A stretch of 40,000 bases of DNA from Prevotella phage Lak-B8, in the sequence record MK250027.1; one strand, 5' to 3'. The translations under genes and the position numbers were made by a program. The notes below the pieces were generated by a model. That model made no database searches and was not told where the DNA came from. It was given only the letters and a program-made list of their open reading frames with translations. Of this stretch, positions 1 through 10,005 are shown piece by piece. Each line of letters starts with the position of its first letter. The first letter of the stretch is position 1.

Positions 1-1073
1 ATATACCAAATTTCAGCAGTCTTTAAGAATCTGTCTATATGTTCAACCAATATGGTATCGATGCAGTTATAGAAAACATATTCTTTGAAATGTTCTTCGA
101 AGAATTCTTTGAATCCCCACGGGTGATTTACCTTCTTGATACCTAACGCTTTTTCTGCGACAAAATCAAGTGTATTATTTTCTTTTGGTTGGATAGTCAT
201 GTCCCATGTTTTATAAACCAATAAGTAGTCATAAATTATTTTATGCATAGGGACTTTCACATTGATTGTTTTACCACCGGATCTTGGAGTAATCTTAAAG
301 TTTGTGAATGTTCTTGTAGGAGAAATTCTTTCAATATCAATATTATTGATTTTACATCTATTATAGATATATAACCAGTCGAATCCTAGAAAATTCCATC
401 CAGACATTGCAGGAATTGGTTCGATGAATGTTATATAGTCTTCAAGCATTTCCCGTTCTGTTGGAAAAAATCTGAATTCAAATTTATATCCTTTTGTAAT
501 ATCTGATCCATTGTTTTCCTATGAATACTTATCGATTTGTTCTTGGACCCATTGTTGTTCTTCTAATGTTAAGTCTTTACGTGACCAAATGATAGTCCTA
601 GGAAATTGTGTCATTGATATAGTATTGATACGAGTTGACGCTTCTTCTGGATCTGGAAATCCTTCATCTGAAACTTCTGTCTCAATATCACACCACCATG
701 TTGGAGGAATATTCATTTCAAACAGAGGATCAACTGCATGTCCAAATGAATTAAGAATTTCATTTATTCTTAATTCAGGAAGTTTATCAACAGGATGCCT
801 ACGAACCCATTTATTATCATAAGATTTCCATTGGTGCATAACAGGTGAACCGTCTGGATTAAACTTATAACATTTGTTTACAAAATCATATTCTTGAAAT
901 GGAGGATCTGCATTTTGTCTGTTTGTATATTTCCATTCGAACATTGATTCTTTAGGAACAGGATATTGAAGGAATTTAACTTGTCCTTGTTTATCTATAT
1001 ATGATACTATTAATTTCTTTGTCGGTGTGCCATCAGGCAATAAATAATCTACCTATTCTTTATTAATTATCAT
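1..1073 (-). CDS. Family B DNA polymerase, 3'-5' exonuclease (N-terminal) portion; continues past the window start
   Basis: Read with TAG=Q: MIINKE(Q)VDYLLPDGTPTKK...WWCDIETEV (Exo I DxE)...DKYS(Q)ENNGSDITKGYKFEFRFFPTEREMLEDYITFIEPIPAMSGWNFLGFDWLYIYNR (Exo II)...YNCIDTILVEH (Exo III YxxxD). The exo motifs lie on both sides of the TAG at 516-518. ATG at 1073. Confidence 0.9.
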
Positions 1074-1098
1074 AAATGTATAATGATATATTTTCTGA

Positions 1099-1707
1099 TT
1101 AAATTATTTTAGATATTATCTTTAATTTAAGAGCTTCTTCTGAAGTAAGAATCCAATCTTTCTTTCTTGAATAATTATCCTCAAGTTCTTTTCTTGTTAT
1201 TGCTGTTTCTTCAATGATTAATTTATATATCATTTCAGTAAGTCTCTTCGCTTCTTTAACATCATCTTCTAAATCTGCTGTTTTCCCGATTGCAACAGAA
1301 GATGCTTGATGAATTAAGAATGTTGTATTCTTGGTCGCGAATCTTTGTTCATAAGGAACAGAAAGAAGAATACAAATACCTGTAGACATACATGCGCCAG
1401 TTGCAGTGATATTTGTCTTGCAATGATTATTAAGCATTATTAACATATCATGAATTGCATAACCTTGATAACATGTTCCTCCATATGTGTCTAACCATAC
1501 ATTAACATCTGGTATTTTAATTTCTTCTTTTATATTATGACCGAAAAATTCTTTTAATGCTTTTTTATTCTCATCAATTATATTATTATCCCCTGTAATT
1601 AAATTAGTTACCCATTTAATAATATCATCTGATGTTTTTTCATCAATATCTTCTGTAATATATAAATTTCTCTTTGTTACATCAAATGTCTACAATTTAT
1701 TTTCCAT
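1099..1707 (-). CDS. ClpP-like serine protease (202 aa)
   Basis: MENKL(Q)TFDVTKRNLYITEDIDEKTSDD...VWLDTYGGTCYQGYAIHDMLIMLNN...TGACMSTGICILLS...FLIHQASS. The Gly-x-x-x-Ser-x-Gly nucleophile and His-Gln contexts match ClpP. One in-frame TAG near the N-terminus. Confidence 0.8.
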
Positions 1708-1781
1708 ATATTAAAATTTATTAAATATAATTTTAGTTTAAATATTATAGTGAGAAAATTGCGATTTGTTTATATATAAAA

Positions 1782-1818
1782 AAGAGATAATAGAATTAAA
1801 ATAAACTCTATTATCTCT
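1782..1818 (-). terminator. Intrinsic terminator downstream of the 1853-2491 gene
   Basis: Inverted repeat AGAGATAATAGA...TCTATTATCTCT, followed on the minus strand by a TTTTTT run. Confidence 0.7.
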
Positions 1819-1852
1819 AAAAATATATTTTCATTATTATAAAAAAAGATTG

Positions 1853-2491
1853 TTATCTTCTACCACCGAAATGTCCACCACCATTAAAATTACCAGGTCT
1901 TCCTTGAGTAACTCTCGTTGAACTTCTATCTGACCCAAATCCTTGAGGTCTTCTCTGTTGATTACCAAAATTAGGTCTACCGCTCTGTGGTGGGCGTTGC
2001 ATATTATTTGGTTTATTAGGTTGTTGTCCATTTCCAAATGATGGTCTATTATTAGGTCTACCATAATTCATTGGCTGATGATTATGTTTCATAGGAGGAT
2101 TTCTAAAATCATTTGGTCTTCCAGATCGCATAGGCGGTTTTCTAAATTCATAACCACGTGGTGCAGGTCTCATAAAATGTCTATAACCTGGATGGTAATG
2201 ATATACAAATCCCCTTGGTTTCATATAAGGGGATGGATAAAAATACCAATAATTATTATACCTATATGGATAATAATAGATTCCTCTATATAAGTAATAA
2301 CTTAAAATATTATCTATATAATATGGTGTTCCATACATAATGACTGTAGAAAAATCTACTGTAGTTGAAACGGTTGTATATGTATCGTCATCATACTGTT
2401 GTGTAGATGCGAATGTTGTTGAACATGCTGAAAATGAAATAACAGCAAATAACATAATCAAAAAATATTTAATCTTTTTCATAATCAACAC
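1853..2491 (-). CDS. Predicted secreted lipoprotein with Tyr/Pro-rich and Arg/Asn/Gly-rich regions
   Basis: Signal peptide plus lipobox MKKIKYFLIMLFAVISFSAC; low-complexity C-terminus ending GGGHFGGRR. Confidence 0.75.
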   Translation of the reverse strand: MLIMKKIKYFLIMLFAVISFSACSTTFASTQQYDDDTYTTVSTTVDFSTVIMYGTPYYIDNILSYYLYRGIYYYPYRYNNYWYFYPSPYMKPRGFVYHYHPGYRHFMRPAPRGYEFRKPPMRSGRPNDFRNPPMKHNHQPMNYGRPNNRPSFGNGQQPNKPNNMQRPPQSGRPNFGNQQRRPQGFGSDRSSTRVTQGRPGNFNGGGHFGGRR

Positions 2492-2566
2492 ACTTTTTAT
2501 TATTTATATGATTTAATACATAATTTCTCTACAGTAAATTCATATTTGTTAGTATGAAAATTCATA

Positions 2567-3031
2567 TTACTTAATACCAAGATGTCTGTCTATCTCATCT
2601 TGCGTCTTTACATTATAAACCATTTCATTGATACCGAAATCTTCACTACCAAATACAATACCATCTTCATCTACACTGTAATTAGAGACAGACTTCATAT
2701 ATTCAAGTTTCTTTTTATCTGATGGCATTGCTTTCGCTCTCTTATGATCATCAAAATATTGATCTTTATAAAACATCCAATAATCAAGAATATCTTTATC
2801 TGATTGTTTTTTGATTGCATCAAATGCTTCATCTTTTGTTTTATATGGACCTCCAAGTTTCCAGCCCACACGATATGCATGAATTTCATCTTGTGTCATA
2901 TCACCTGTATAAACATCTTCCATGTTAGAATACCATGTGAAGTATTCCTCTACATTCTTTGATTCATTAACAGATGTTGAATTACTATTCATTACAGCAT
3001 TGTAAAATTCATTCTTTTGCTTTGTATTCAT
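2567..3031 (-). CDS. Hypothetical protein (154 aa)
   Basis: Intact ORF with plausible composition; no family recognised. Confidence 0.65.
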   Translation of the reverse strand: MNTKQKNEFYNAVMNSNSTSVNESKNVEEYFTWYSNMEDVYTGDMTQDEIHAYRVGWKLGGPYKTKDEAFDAIKKQSDKDILDYWMFYKDQYFDDHKRAKAMPSDKKKLEYMKSVSNYSVDEDGIVFGSEDFGINEMVYNVKTQDEIDRHLGIK

Positions 3032-3098
3032 AATTTCAAATATTTTAATATGTTTAACTTACAATACAAAGATACATAAAATATTTGATATTAAAAAA

Positions 3099-3758
3099 TT
3101 ATTGTATTGTAATATTATATGTCCAACCATCTTTATTATATATTTGAGAGTCACTGGGAAAATAAACTACTCCAGCGTTTGGTATATCATATGTTCTAGT
3201 TTGATATTTTGAGGACGATTCTCCTATATTCATTGTTAGACTTACTACAGTTTCAGAAGAAGTATATCTTATAACCATATCTACAACAATAGTATTTCCT
3301 ACTGGTGAATTATTTTTATAAAAATAATTTTTTACTAAATATGCACCATAAATCATTTTTGAACTATTCTGCATATTATACACAAACATTATATCTGCTT
3401 TTCTTTCATACACAGTAACAGTTTGCTAAACTTGGAATAATATATTTCCATTATACTTAAAAGTAATAAGGCGTGAAGATGTTGTTTCTGAGATATTATA
3501 GTATATTGACCGACCTGTTGTTTTATCTTCACTACTAGCTGCGTCACTGACACTCGCAGAGCATCCAGATGTATCGCATGTTAATGAAAAAGTATCATTT
3601 CCTAATTTATTATTAAAATTACCATCAATATCCTATAAACCAAAAAATACCTATCTTGTTGGTAGAACACCAAAAGCACTTGTATCTAACATGCCACTTT
3701 TTGCATCCTAATTTATTTGCATAATATTTGTACCTGTATATTTCTAAAAAGTTGACAT
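3099..3758 (-). CDS. Hypothetical protein (219 aa), possibly a structural or BACON/adhesion-like domain
   Basis: Only visible as one ORF with TAG=Q: MSTF(Q)KYTGTNIMQIN(Q)DAKSGMLDTSAFGVLPTR(Q)VFFGL(Q)DIDGNFNN...ILFQV(Q)QTVTVYERKADIMF... Five in-frame TAGs; ends TAA. Confidence 0.7.
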
Positions 3759-3854
3759 AAAATAAAAAGTATTTTTATATCTACACCCCAATATGAAATA
3801 CTATAACTTATTTTACATAACTAATAAATAATGAAAAATAATTATTCATTTCAA

Positions 3855-4724
3855 ATGAATTCTAAATAGATAGGGAAATTAATATATAATTTGGATTTGG
3901 GAAAATTCAATTATAAAACAAAATTATTTGAATCTAATAATAAAGATAATTGGTGGAGAAATGAAGAATCATATAATACAATAAAATATCATCCATTAAA
4001 TTCAAATACAAATAATCTATTGTATAAAGAATATGAACAAGAATATCTATATGAAGGATTAATAAGTTCAGTAGAACCAAATAAAACAAAAAATATATTA
4101 GATAGAAATGCTGGAGGATTTATACATGATATACGCATTGTATATAATCCTTTATAGTTAGATATGAAAACACCAGTTATTGATTTCTTTATATATAAAG
4201 AAGATTATTATGATTTAGAATATGGTAAAATTGCATATGATGAATTATTAACATTAATTAATAATTTAGGATATTTTGTATCAGGTAAAACAGAATTATC
4301 AGATATTATAAATGTTGTTATAATGCCAAAATTTTTATACGAAGTAACATATGAAATATATAAAGGAGATGACTTTTTATTTCATATAACTCCATTATAG
4401 AATAAAAAGAAAATATTACAAAAAGGATTAATACCAAAATATAAAAATTATAGGTTAGATAATTATCCAGATAGAATATATTTTTATACAAGTAAGCAAG
4501 AATCTAAATTAAATTTATTATGTAAAAATTTATCTAATAATACATGTATAAAAGATTGGTTAATTCTTAAAGTAAATATTAAAGATAAAAAAAGTTATAA
4601 AGAAAATGATAAATCTACAATGTACAGATTTTTTGAAGATCCAAAATCATAGTATGGCATTTTTACATATGAAAATATAGATCCTTAGTGTATATCTATA
4701 TATAAAGAAATAAGGTTATCATAA
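3855..4724 (+). CDS. Hypothetical protein (289 aa)
   Basis: Track ORFs 3891-4157 and 4164-4400 are in one frame separated only by TAG. With TAG=Q the ORF runs MNSK(Q)IGKLIYNLDLGKFNYKTKLFE... to a TAA at 4722-4724. Confidence 0.75.
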
Positions 4725-4744
4725 ATATTGATAACCTTATTTTT
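4708..4744. terminator. Bidirectional intrinsic terminator between convergent genes
   Basis: AAATAAGGTTATC - loop - GATAACCTTATTT, followed by T residues; overlaps the 3' end of the + gene and lies just downstream of the - gene. Confidence 0.8.
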
Positions 4745-4748
4745 ATAT

Positions 4749-5399
4749 TTAATAAATTCTACATTCAACTGATTGATCAACTTCTCTCTCCATACAATAA
4801 CTTGCAAAGAAATCAGCTTGCATAATCAACACTGACAAAGGAACTTTCTGATATGACTGTTGCATAGAAGGTTTTTGATAATTACTCATCCATGCTCCAA
4901 TATCACTCATACCCATATGCCACATTATAGCACACAATTCTTCACCACTCAACTTAATAAATGATTGCGCAATGAAAATAGACTTCGGTGCATGTCCAAG
5001 TGGAAGTTTCTCGTCTATCTTATATGAATAATACTTAATCCATTGGTTAGACTCATCTTTCTTAAACTTTTCATACATTACATAATTATTTGCTTTACAC
5101 AAATCATGTAACAATGCGCAAATAATTAATGAATCTTCAGAAATACTATCAATGTTTTTCTCTGGAAGTGCCAACTTTTTATATGTCTCTAAAAATCCTT
5201 TGGCCGCATAATATACATTCAATGAATGCTGACATAATCCTCCCGGATAATTACAATGATAAATCGTAGAAGACGGTGCTTCAAAGAAATCTGATTTCTC
5301 TGAAAGCCAACTAATCAAATTCTCAATACCTTCACGCTTTGTACTTCTAAGTAACTCAATAAATTCTTGTTTATTCTTCTCTTTTACTATTTGATCCAT
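4749..5399 (-). CDS. HD-domain phosphohydrolase-like protein (216 aa)
   Basis: YHCNYPGGLCQHSLNV ... ALLHDLCK ... GHAPKSIF: metal-binding H...HD pattern. Confidence 0.7.
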   Translation of the reverse strand: MDQIVKEKNKQEFIELLRSTKREGIENLISWLSEKSDFFEAPSSTIYHCNYPGGLCQHSLNVYYAAKGFLETYKKLALPEKNIDSISEDSLIICALLHDLCKANNYVMYEKFKKDESNQWIKYYSYKIDEKLPLGHAPKSIFIAQSFIKLSGEELCAIMWHMGMSDIGAWMSNYQKPSMQQSYQKVPLSVLIMQADFFASYCMEREVDQSVECRIY

Positions 5400-5552
5400 A
5401 AAATTTATTATGTTTAAAAATTAATAATTATATTCATTATATAATTATACTTTATAAAAGTTTATATAAACAATTCATATTATTTTTATATAATAATTAA
5501 ATTATAATTTTTACAATTAATATAAATAGTATAAATTAAATAATTTAGATAA

Positions 5553-6158
5553 ATGAAATACGTTACTGCAAAAGAAGCAAAGAAATATTTTTAGATTTCA
5601 GGGTAGACACTAAAAACGTGGAAAGATTCTAATAAAATCTTAACGAAACAATTTTCATACAAGAAGATTTTGTATGATATTGATTCTGTAAATAATGATA
5701 ATGTTAATTTAAATAATAGAAAAAACGTAATATATGCACGAGTTTCATGTAGTAATTAGAAATAGTCATTAGATAATCAGATAGAATTAATTAAATCATA
5801 TATGATTTCTAATGGTATTAAAGTGGATGATATATATTCAGAAATTGCTTCTGGACTAAATGAAAATAGGAAAGAATTATCTAGATTAATTCATGATATA
5901 GATAATGAATAGATTAATACTGTATATATATCATTTAAAGATAGACTAACTAGATTTGGATTTAATTATTTTAAATCAATGTTTGAAAATCATGGAACTA
6001 AAATAATTATATTAGACGAAAATGAAGAAACAAATAAAGATTATAAAACAGAATTAGTTGAAGATTTAATATCTATTATACATCATTATTCTACTAAATT
6101 ATATTCAAATAGAAGGAAAGAATTGAAAGAAATAGAAAAAATTATAAAAAATGAATAA
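5553..6158 (+). CDS. tnpA: IS607-family serine recombinase/transposase TnpA (201 aa)
   Basis: MKYVTAKEAKKYF(Q)ISG(Q)TLKTWKDSNKI (MerR-like HTH), then VIYARVSCSN(Q)K(Q)SLDNQIELIK (catalytic Ser), SEIASGLNENRKELSRLIHDI, and YISFKDRLTRFGFNYFKSMFENHGTKIIILDE. Five in-frame TAGs; ends TAA. Confidence 0.9.
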
Positions 6159-6207
6159 TTTTTAAAATAATTTAGATAAATATTATAAAGATTATAAAAG
6201 TTATAAA

Positions 6208-7557
6208 ATGCAAGTATTGAAGATTAAATATCAAACAGATGATTAGTCATTAGATATTATACAGGATTATATGAGACAATATAGTTCTGTATAGCATTTT
6301 GTATATAATAGAAATCAAGAAGGTAAATCATAGAAAGATATAAAATAGCAACTTAAATCTTTAAATAATGTAGATTTATTAGATAGTTGGTTTATTCAAT
6401 GTTCTTTCTATGATATTCCAAATAAAAATAATGTAATATTTGGTGGAAAGAAAAATTACTTTTAGAGATTAAAGAATAATATTACTAAAGAACAATTTAA
6501 ATAGAAACGATTATCAGCTATATATTCAATAGGTGAAGTAGTTAATAAATCAGTTAAAGGAAACAGAAAATTTCATATAGAACAAGATTTAGAAAATATT
6601 ACTTTCAAACCTAATAAATCTACTAAAATAAATTTACAACTTATAGGACTAAATAAACGTAAATAGATTCTATCAAAACTTTATTAGAAACAAGAACAAA
6701 AAGAAATAAAGATAGCTTATAAGTTAGACTTAGAATATGTTTATATAATATTTGATGAAACTAATATTTATAATTATAAAACTAAATTTATAAAGAATAG
6801 AGTTCTCTCATTGGATTTGAATCCTAATTATATAGGATGGAGTATTGTTAATTGGAAATCAGAATCAGAATTTGATGTAGTTAAATCTGGTATTTATTCT
6901 ATTAAAAAGTTAAATGATAAAGATTTTAATTTAAAGAATAAAGGGTATAGTTCTGAATCTAATGAAAGAAAATATATAAGTAATAAACGTAATTTTGAGA
7001 CTATATAGATAGTAAAGAATTTAATTAATAAAGCAATATATTATAAATGTCAATTAATTTCTATTGAAGATTTAAATATTAAATCAAGTGATAAAGTGTT
7101 TGGTAAGAGATTTAACAAGTTAGTTAATAATTCATGGTGTAGGAATACATTTGTAAATAATTTAATTAAACGATGTAATATATTCAATATAAAGTTATTA
7201 AAAGTTAAACCGGAATATAGCTCATTTATTGGTAACTTTTTATACCGTTCATTAAATTTACCTGATATGGTATTAGCGTCAATAGAAATTGGACGTAGAG
7301 GATATGAGTTTTATAATCAATATATAAGTAAAACTAAAGAGATAAAAAAGAATATAATTCAACCTGATTTAAATATGTATCAAAGGTTGTACCTTAAGTC
7401 ATTGGAAGAATTTAAGTTACAACCTACATACAAGGATTTGATTGGACTATATTACTTCTTCAAAAAGTCGAAACTTAAATATCGACTTTCTACAGATTAG
7501 TTTAATCTGTAGTTTTACAGATTTTATTCAAATGTAAGTTTAATTACATTTATATAA
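6208..7557 (+). CDS. tnpB: TnpB-like RuvC nuclease associated with the IS607-like element (449 aa)
   Basis: Joins track ORFs 6811-7008 and 7096-7500 in a single TAG-readthrough frame. RuvC-I VLSLDLNPNYIGWSI, RuvC-II LISIEDLN, RuvC-III LNLPDMVLASIEIGRRGYEF. About 11 in-frame TAGs. Confidence 0.85.
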
Positions 7558-7641
7558 ATTATAAATGTTATAATTTAATACAATAAAATTATTTAAATAT
7601 ATGAAAACTAAATAAAAACATAAGATAAAATAAATTTAATT

Positions 7642-9147
7642 ATGAAAACTAAATTATTGATTTTTTTAATGTGTGCATTCAGTTTTATAGGATTTACTGG
7701 ATGTTCTACAGAAGTAGAGAACAACAACACTATCATTATTCCAGGTTATAATGGAACTGAGGTGGTGAAGACAGGTTCTAACTTACTTGTCAATGTTGGA
7801 GAAAATAAGTATGGTGAGAAAACACAAGCATTATCAAGAGTAAAAGCAATAACACGTGCATCCGTTGATAAATCAACTATTTCGATTACAACAGATGATC
7901 AAATCAATACACCTACAATTGGTTTGTATTCAAACTATGCATGGAATACTTACACTAATGGTCAGCAAATCTATGTTGGTGCAAGCAATGGTTATCTTTT
8001 TGCAACAACATCATTGACAACACCTTACAAAACCGAATGGAATGTTAATAATACCATAAGTAATGGTGTACTTACATTGACATCACAGATGTTGGATGAC
8101 AAATATGCTAAGCCTGTTCCTGTGACATTCTGGGGTAATCATTCATTAGTAACATCAAGTGTAGAAAAAACAATCTTTGATCCTAATGATAATGATTGGA
8201 AGAATATGGCAGTGACAAGTACAACAAAGTCTGTTGCTATCTCAAAGTCTATTGAATACGCAAATTCAGCTGTTAGAATGAATTTGACATTAGGAACAGA
8301 AGGTGTTCTTTGTTGGTATGACAAGTATGATACATCAAAAGATGAAGCTGATGTTACAACAGTAAAGATAACAGAAGATAATATCAATACTATGCCAACT
8401 TCTGAGACAAAGACTTATGAAGTAAATGGTAAACAATATAAAATTATCAATATTGATAATATTGGTAGCAAGACCGTAGGAAATTACTTGCATTACAAAG
8501 CAGGTTATGCTATAAAGATTGCACAAACGGACAAAGGTACAGGAAACTGGCACTTCATTGGTCCTAATGAATCAGATGACATCAACTATGAAGTTCTTGA
8601 AGCACGCATTGTTTCATCTAAATCTTGTACTTATAAGAATGAATATCAATATGAACCAAGTTCAGATGAAGTTACTTATAAGTATGAGTTGAATGAATCA
8701 CTTCAATCAGGTGAGAATGCAGTATTCTCTATTATGCCAACATCAGAAAAATCATCTGTTGTCGTTTTGAAATGTAAAATCACAAAATTCCCAACGCAAG
8801 ATCATGATAGATTCCTTTGGTATATCAAAGAATCAATAAAAGATAATTCACCTTACATAAAAGTTGGTGATAACTCTACATTCTATATCATTGGAAAGAT
8901 TTCAACATCTGACAAGACAATACCTACAGGTTCACCTTACTCAACAACATGGAACAAAGGTATTTATTGTCCTGATGTAATAACTAATGTAAATGTACAT
9001 ATTGATGATCTCACGGTAAATGGTTCCGTTGTAGTTGATCCAGATGGTTCAGATGAAACAGATATTAATAAGATACATTATAATTTCGATTATGAATATG
9101 GTACTATGGATGGTGTTTGGACAACAGGAAATACAACAAAACATTAA
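7642..9147 (+). CDS. Fimbrillin/Mfa-like lipoprotein (501 aa)
   Basis: Lipobox MKTKLLIFLMCAFSFIGFTGC. Long Thr/Ser-rich extracellular-type sequence with C-terminal CPDVITNVNVHIDDLTVNG resembling Bacteroidales fimbrillin-family proteins. No in-frame TAG. Confidence 0.6.
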   Translation: MKTKLLIFLMCAFSFIGFTGCSTEVENNNTIIIPGYNGTEVVKTGSNLLVNVGENKYGEKTQALSRVKAITRASVDKSTISITTDDQINTPTIGLYSNYAWNTYTNGQQIYVGASNGYLFATTSLTTPYKTEWNVNNTISNGVLTLTSQMLDDKYAKPVPVTFWGNHSLVTSSVEKTIFDPNDNDWKNMAVTSTTKSVAISKSIEYANSAVRMNLTLGTEGVLCWYDKYDTSKDEADVTTVKITEDNINTMPTSETKTYEVNGKQYKIINIDNIGSKTVGNYLHYKAGYAIKIAQTDKGTGNWHFIGPNESDDINYEVLEARIVSSKSCTYKNEYQYEPSSDEVTYKYELNESLQSGENAVFSIMPTSEKSSVVVLKCKITKFPTQDHDRFLWYIKESIKDNSPYIKVGDNSTFYIIGKISTSDKTIPTGSPYSTTWNKGIYCPDVITNVNVHIDDLTVNGSVVVDPDGSDETDINKIHYNFDYEYGTMDGVWTTGNTTKH

Positions 9148-9169
9148 TTATTAAGTTATTATAAAATTA

Positions 9170-9210
9170 AAAGGAATATAAACAACTAAGTTTATATTCC
9201 TTTATTTTTT
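9170..9210. terminator. Bidirectional intrinsic terminator between convergent genes
   Basis: AAAGGAATATAAAC-AACTAA-GTTTATATTCCTTT followed by ATTTTTT. Confidence 0.9.
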
Positions 9211-9470
9211 TACTTATGACTTTCAATTTCTTTATTAATATCATCAATAGAAACAAGTCCCACCCATTTCTTTAATTCTTCACCATTATCACCTTCCAAT
9301 ACAATAACAGGAACATTTCTGATATTATACTTATCAATAACTGCAGATGTTTCATCATCTTCATCATCTACATCATATTTCTTTAATTCACATGTATTAA
9401 AGTTTTCCAACCTCTTATCCATTACATTACATGGACCACACCATGTAGCACCTACTTTAATTAATCTCAT
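9210..9470 (-). CDS. Thioredoxin-like protein (86 aa)
   Basis: VGATWCGPCNVM active site, cis-Pro motif NVPVIVL. Confidence 0.9.
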   Translation of the reverse strand: MRLIKVGATWCGPCNVMDKRLENFNTCELKKYDVDDEDDETSAVIDKYNIRNVPVIVLEGDNGEELKKWVGLVSIDDINKEIESHK

Positions 9471-9488
9471 ATTATTTAAAAATTATTT

Positions 9489-9917
9489 TTACCAACATTC
9501 ATAATCTGTAATATCTTCAGAATCACCATTTTTGTTACATACAATACGTATACAGCTACCAATACCAGTTCCTCCTTCAATAAACGAAAATGGAAGCTTA
9601 TATTTACTTTTTACATTCCAATTATCTTTATTGTAATTCGTAACATCTTCAGATTCATTACATGTTTCACATACATATGTATGGCTAAAACCACAATTCC
9701 ACATATCAATTAAATATACAGAACCTCTACCACCATTGCACACTGCTTTATGCTTTACATAAAAATTATGTGCATTCTTTTTCTCTATATCATCCATTTC
9801 AGTAAATCCATGATTATCTTTCAATAATGCAATAGATGTGATACAAGACTGTGTACCAACATCATTCTCATGTTTATTAATAAATGATATAGACATTTCT
9901 AATTCTTTATCTGTCAT
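9489..9917 (-). CDS. Hypothetical Cys-rich protein (142 aa)
   Basis: Intact ORF; several Cys pairs; no family recognised. Confidence 0.6.
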   Translation of the reverse strand: MTDKELEMSISFINKHENDVGTQSCITSIALLKDNHGFTEMDDIEKKNAHNFYVKHKAVCNGGRGSVYLIDMWNCGFSHTYVCETCNESEDVTNYNKDNWNVKSKYKLPFSFIEGGTGIGSCIRIVCNKNGDSEDITDYECW

Positions 9918-10005
9918 CTTATTAAAATTAATTCAATATTTTATATTATATGAAAAAAGGTAAGATTTGTTTCTTAATCTTACCTTTATATTTTATTTAC
10001 TATTA

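Larger units (their letters stand above)
5538..7557 (+). mobile_element. IS607-like insertion sequence (tnpA + tnpB); outer boundaries not determined
   Basis: Adjacent serine-recombinase TnpA and TnpB in the typical order and orientation. IS607 elements lack terminal inverted repeats, so the ends cannot be assigned from one copy. Confidence 0.8.

Noticed and set aside
511-822. + strand ORF of 103 aa in the track
   Set aside because: Antisense to the DNA polymerase exonuclease ORF, which has clear catalytic motifs; a shadow ORF.
5553-7557. Interpretation of tnpA/tnpB as pseudogenes with premature stops
   Set aside because: Every interruption is TAG, none TAA, TGA or frameshift, and all catalytic motifs are intact; TAG recoding explains it better.
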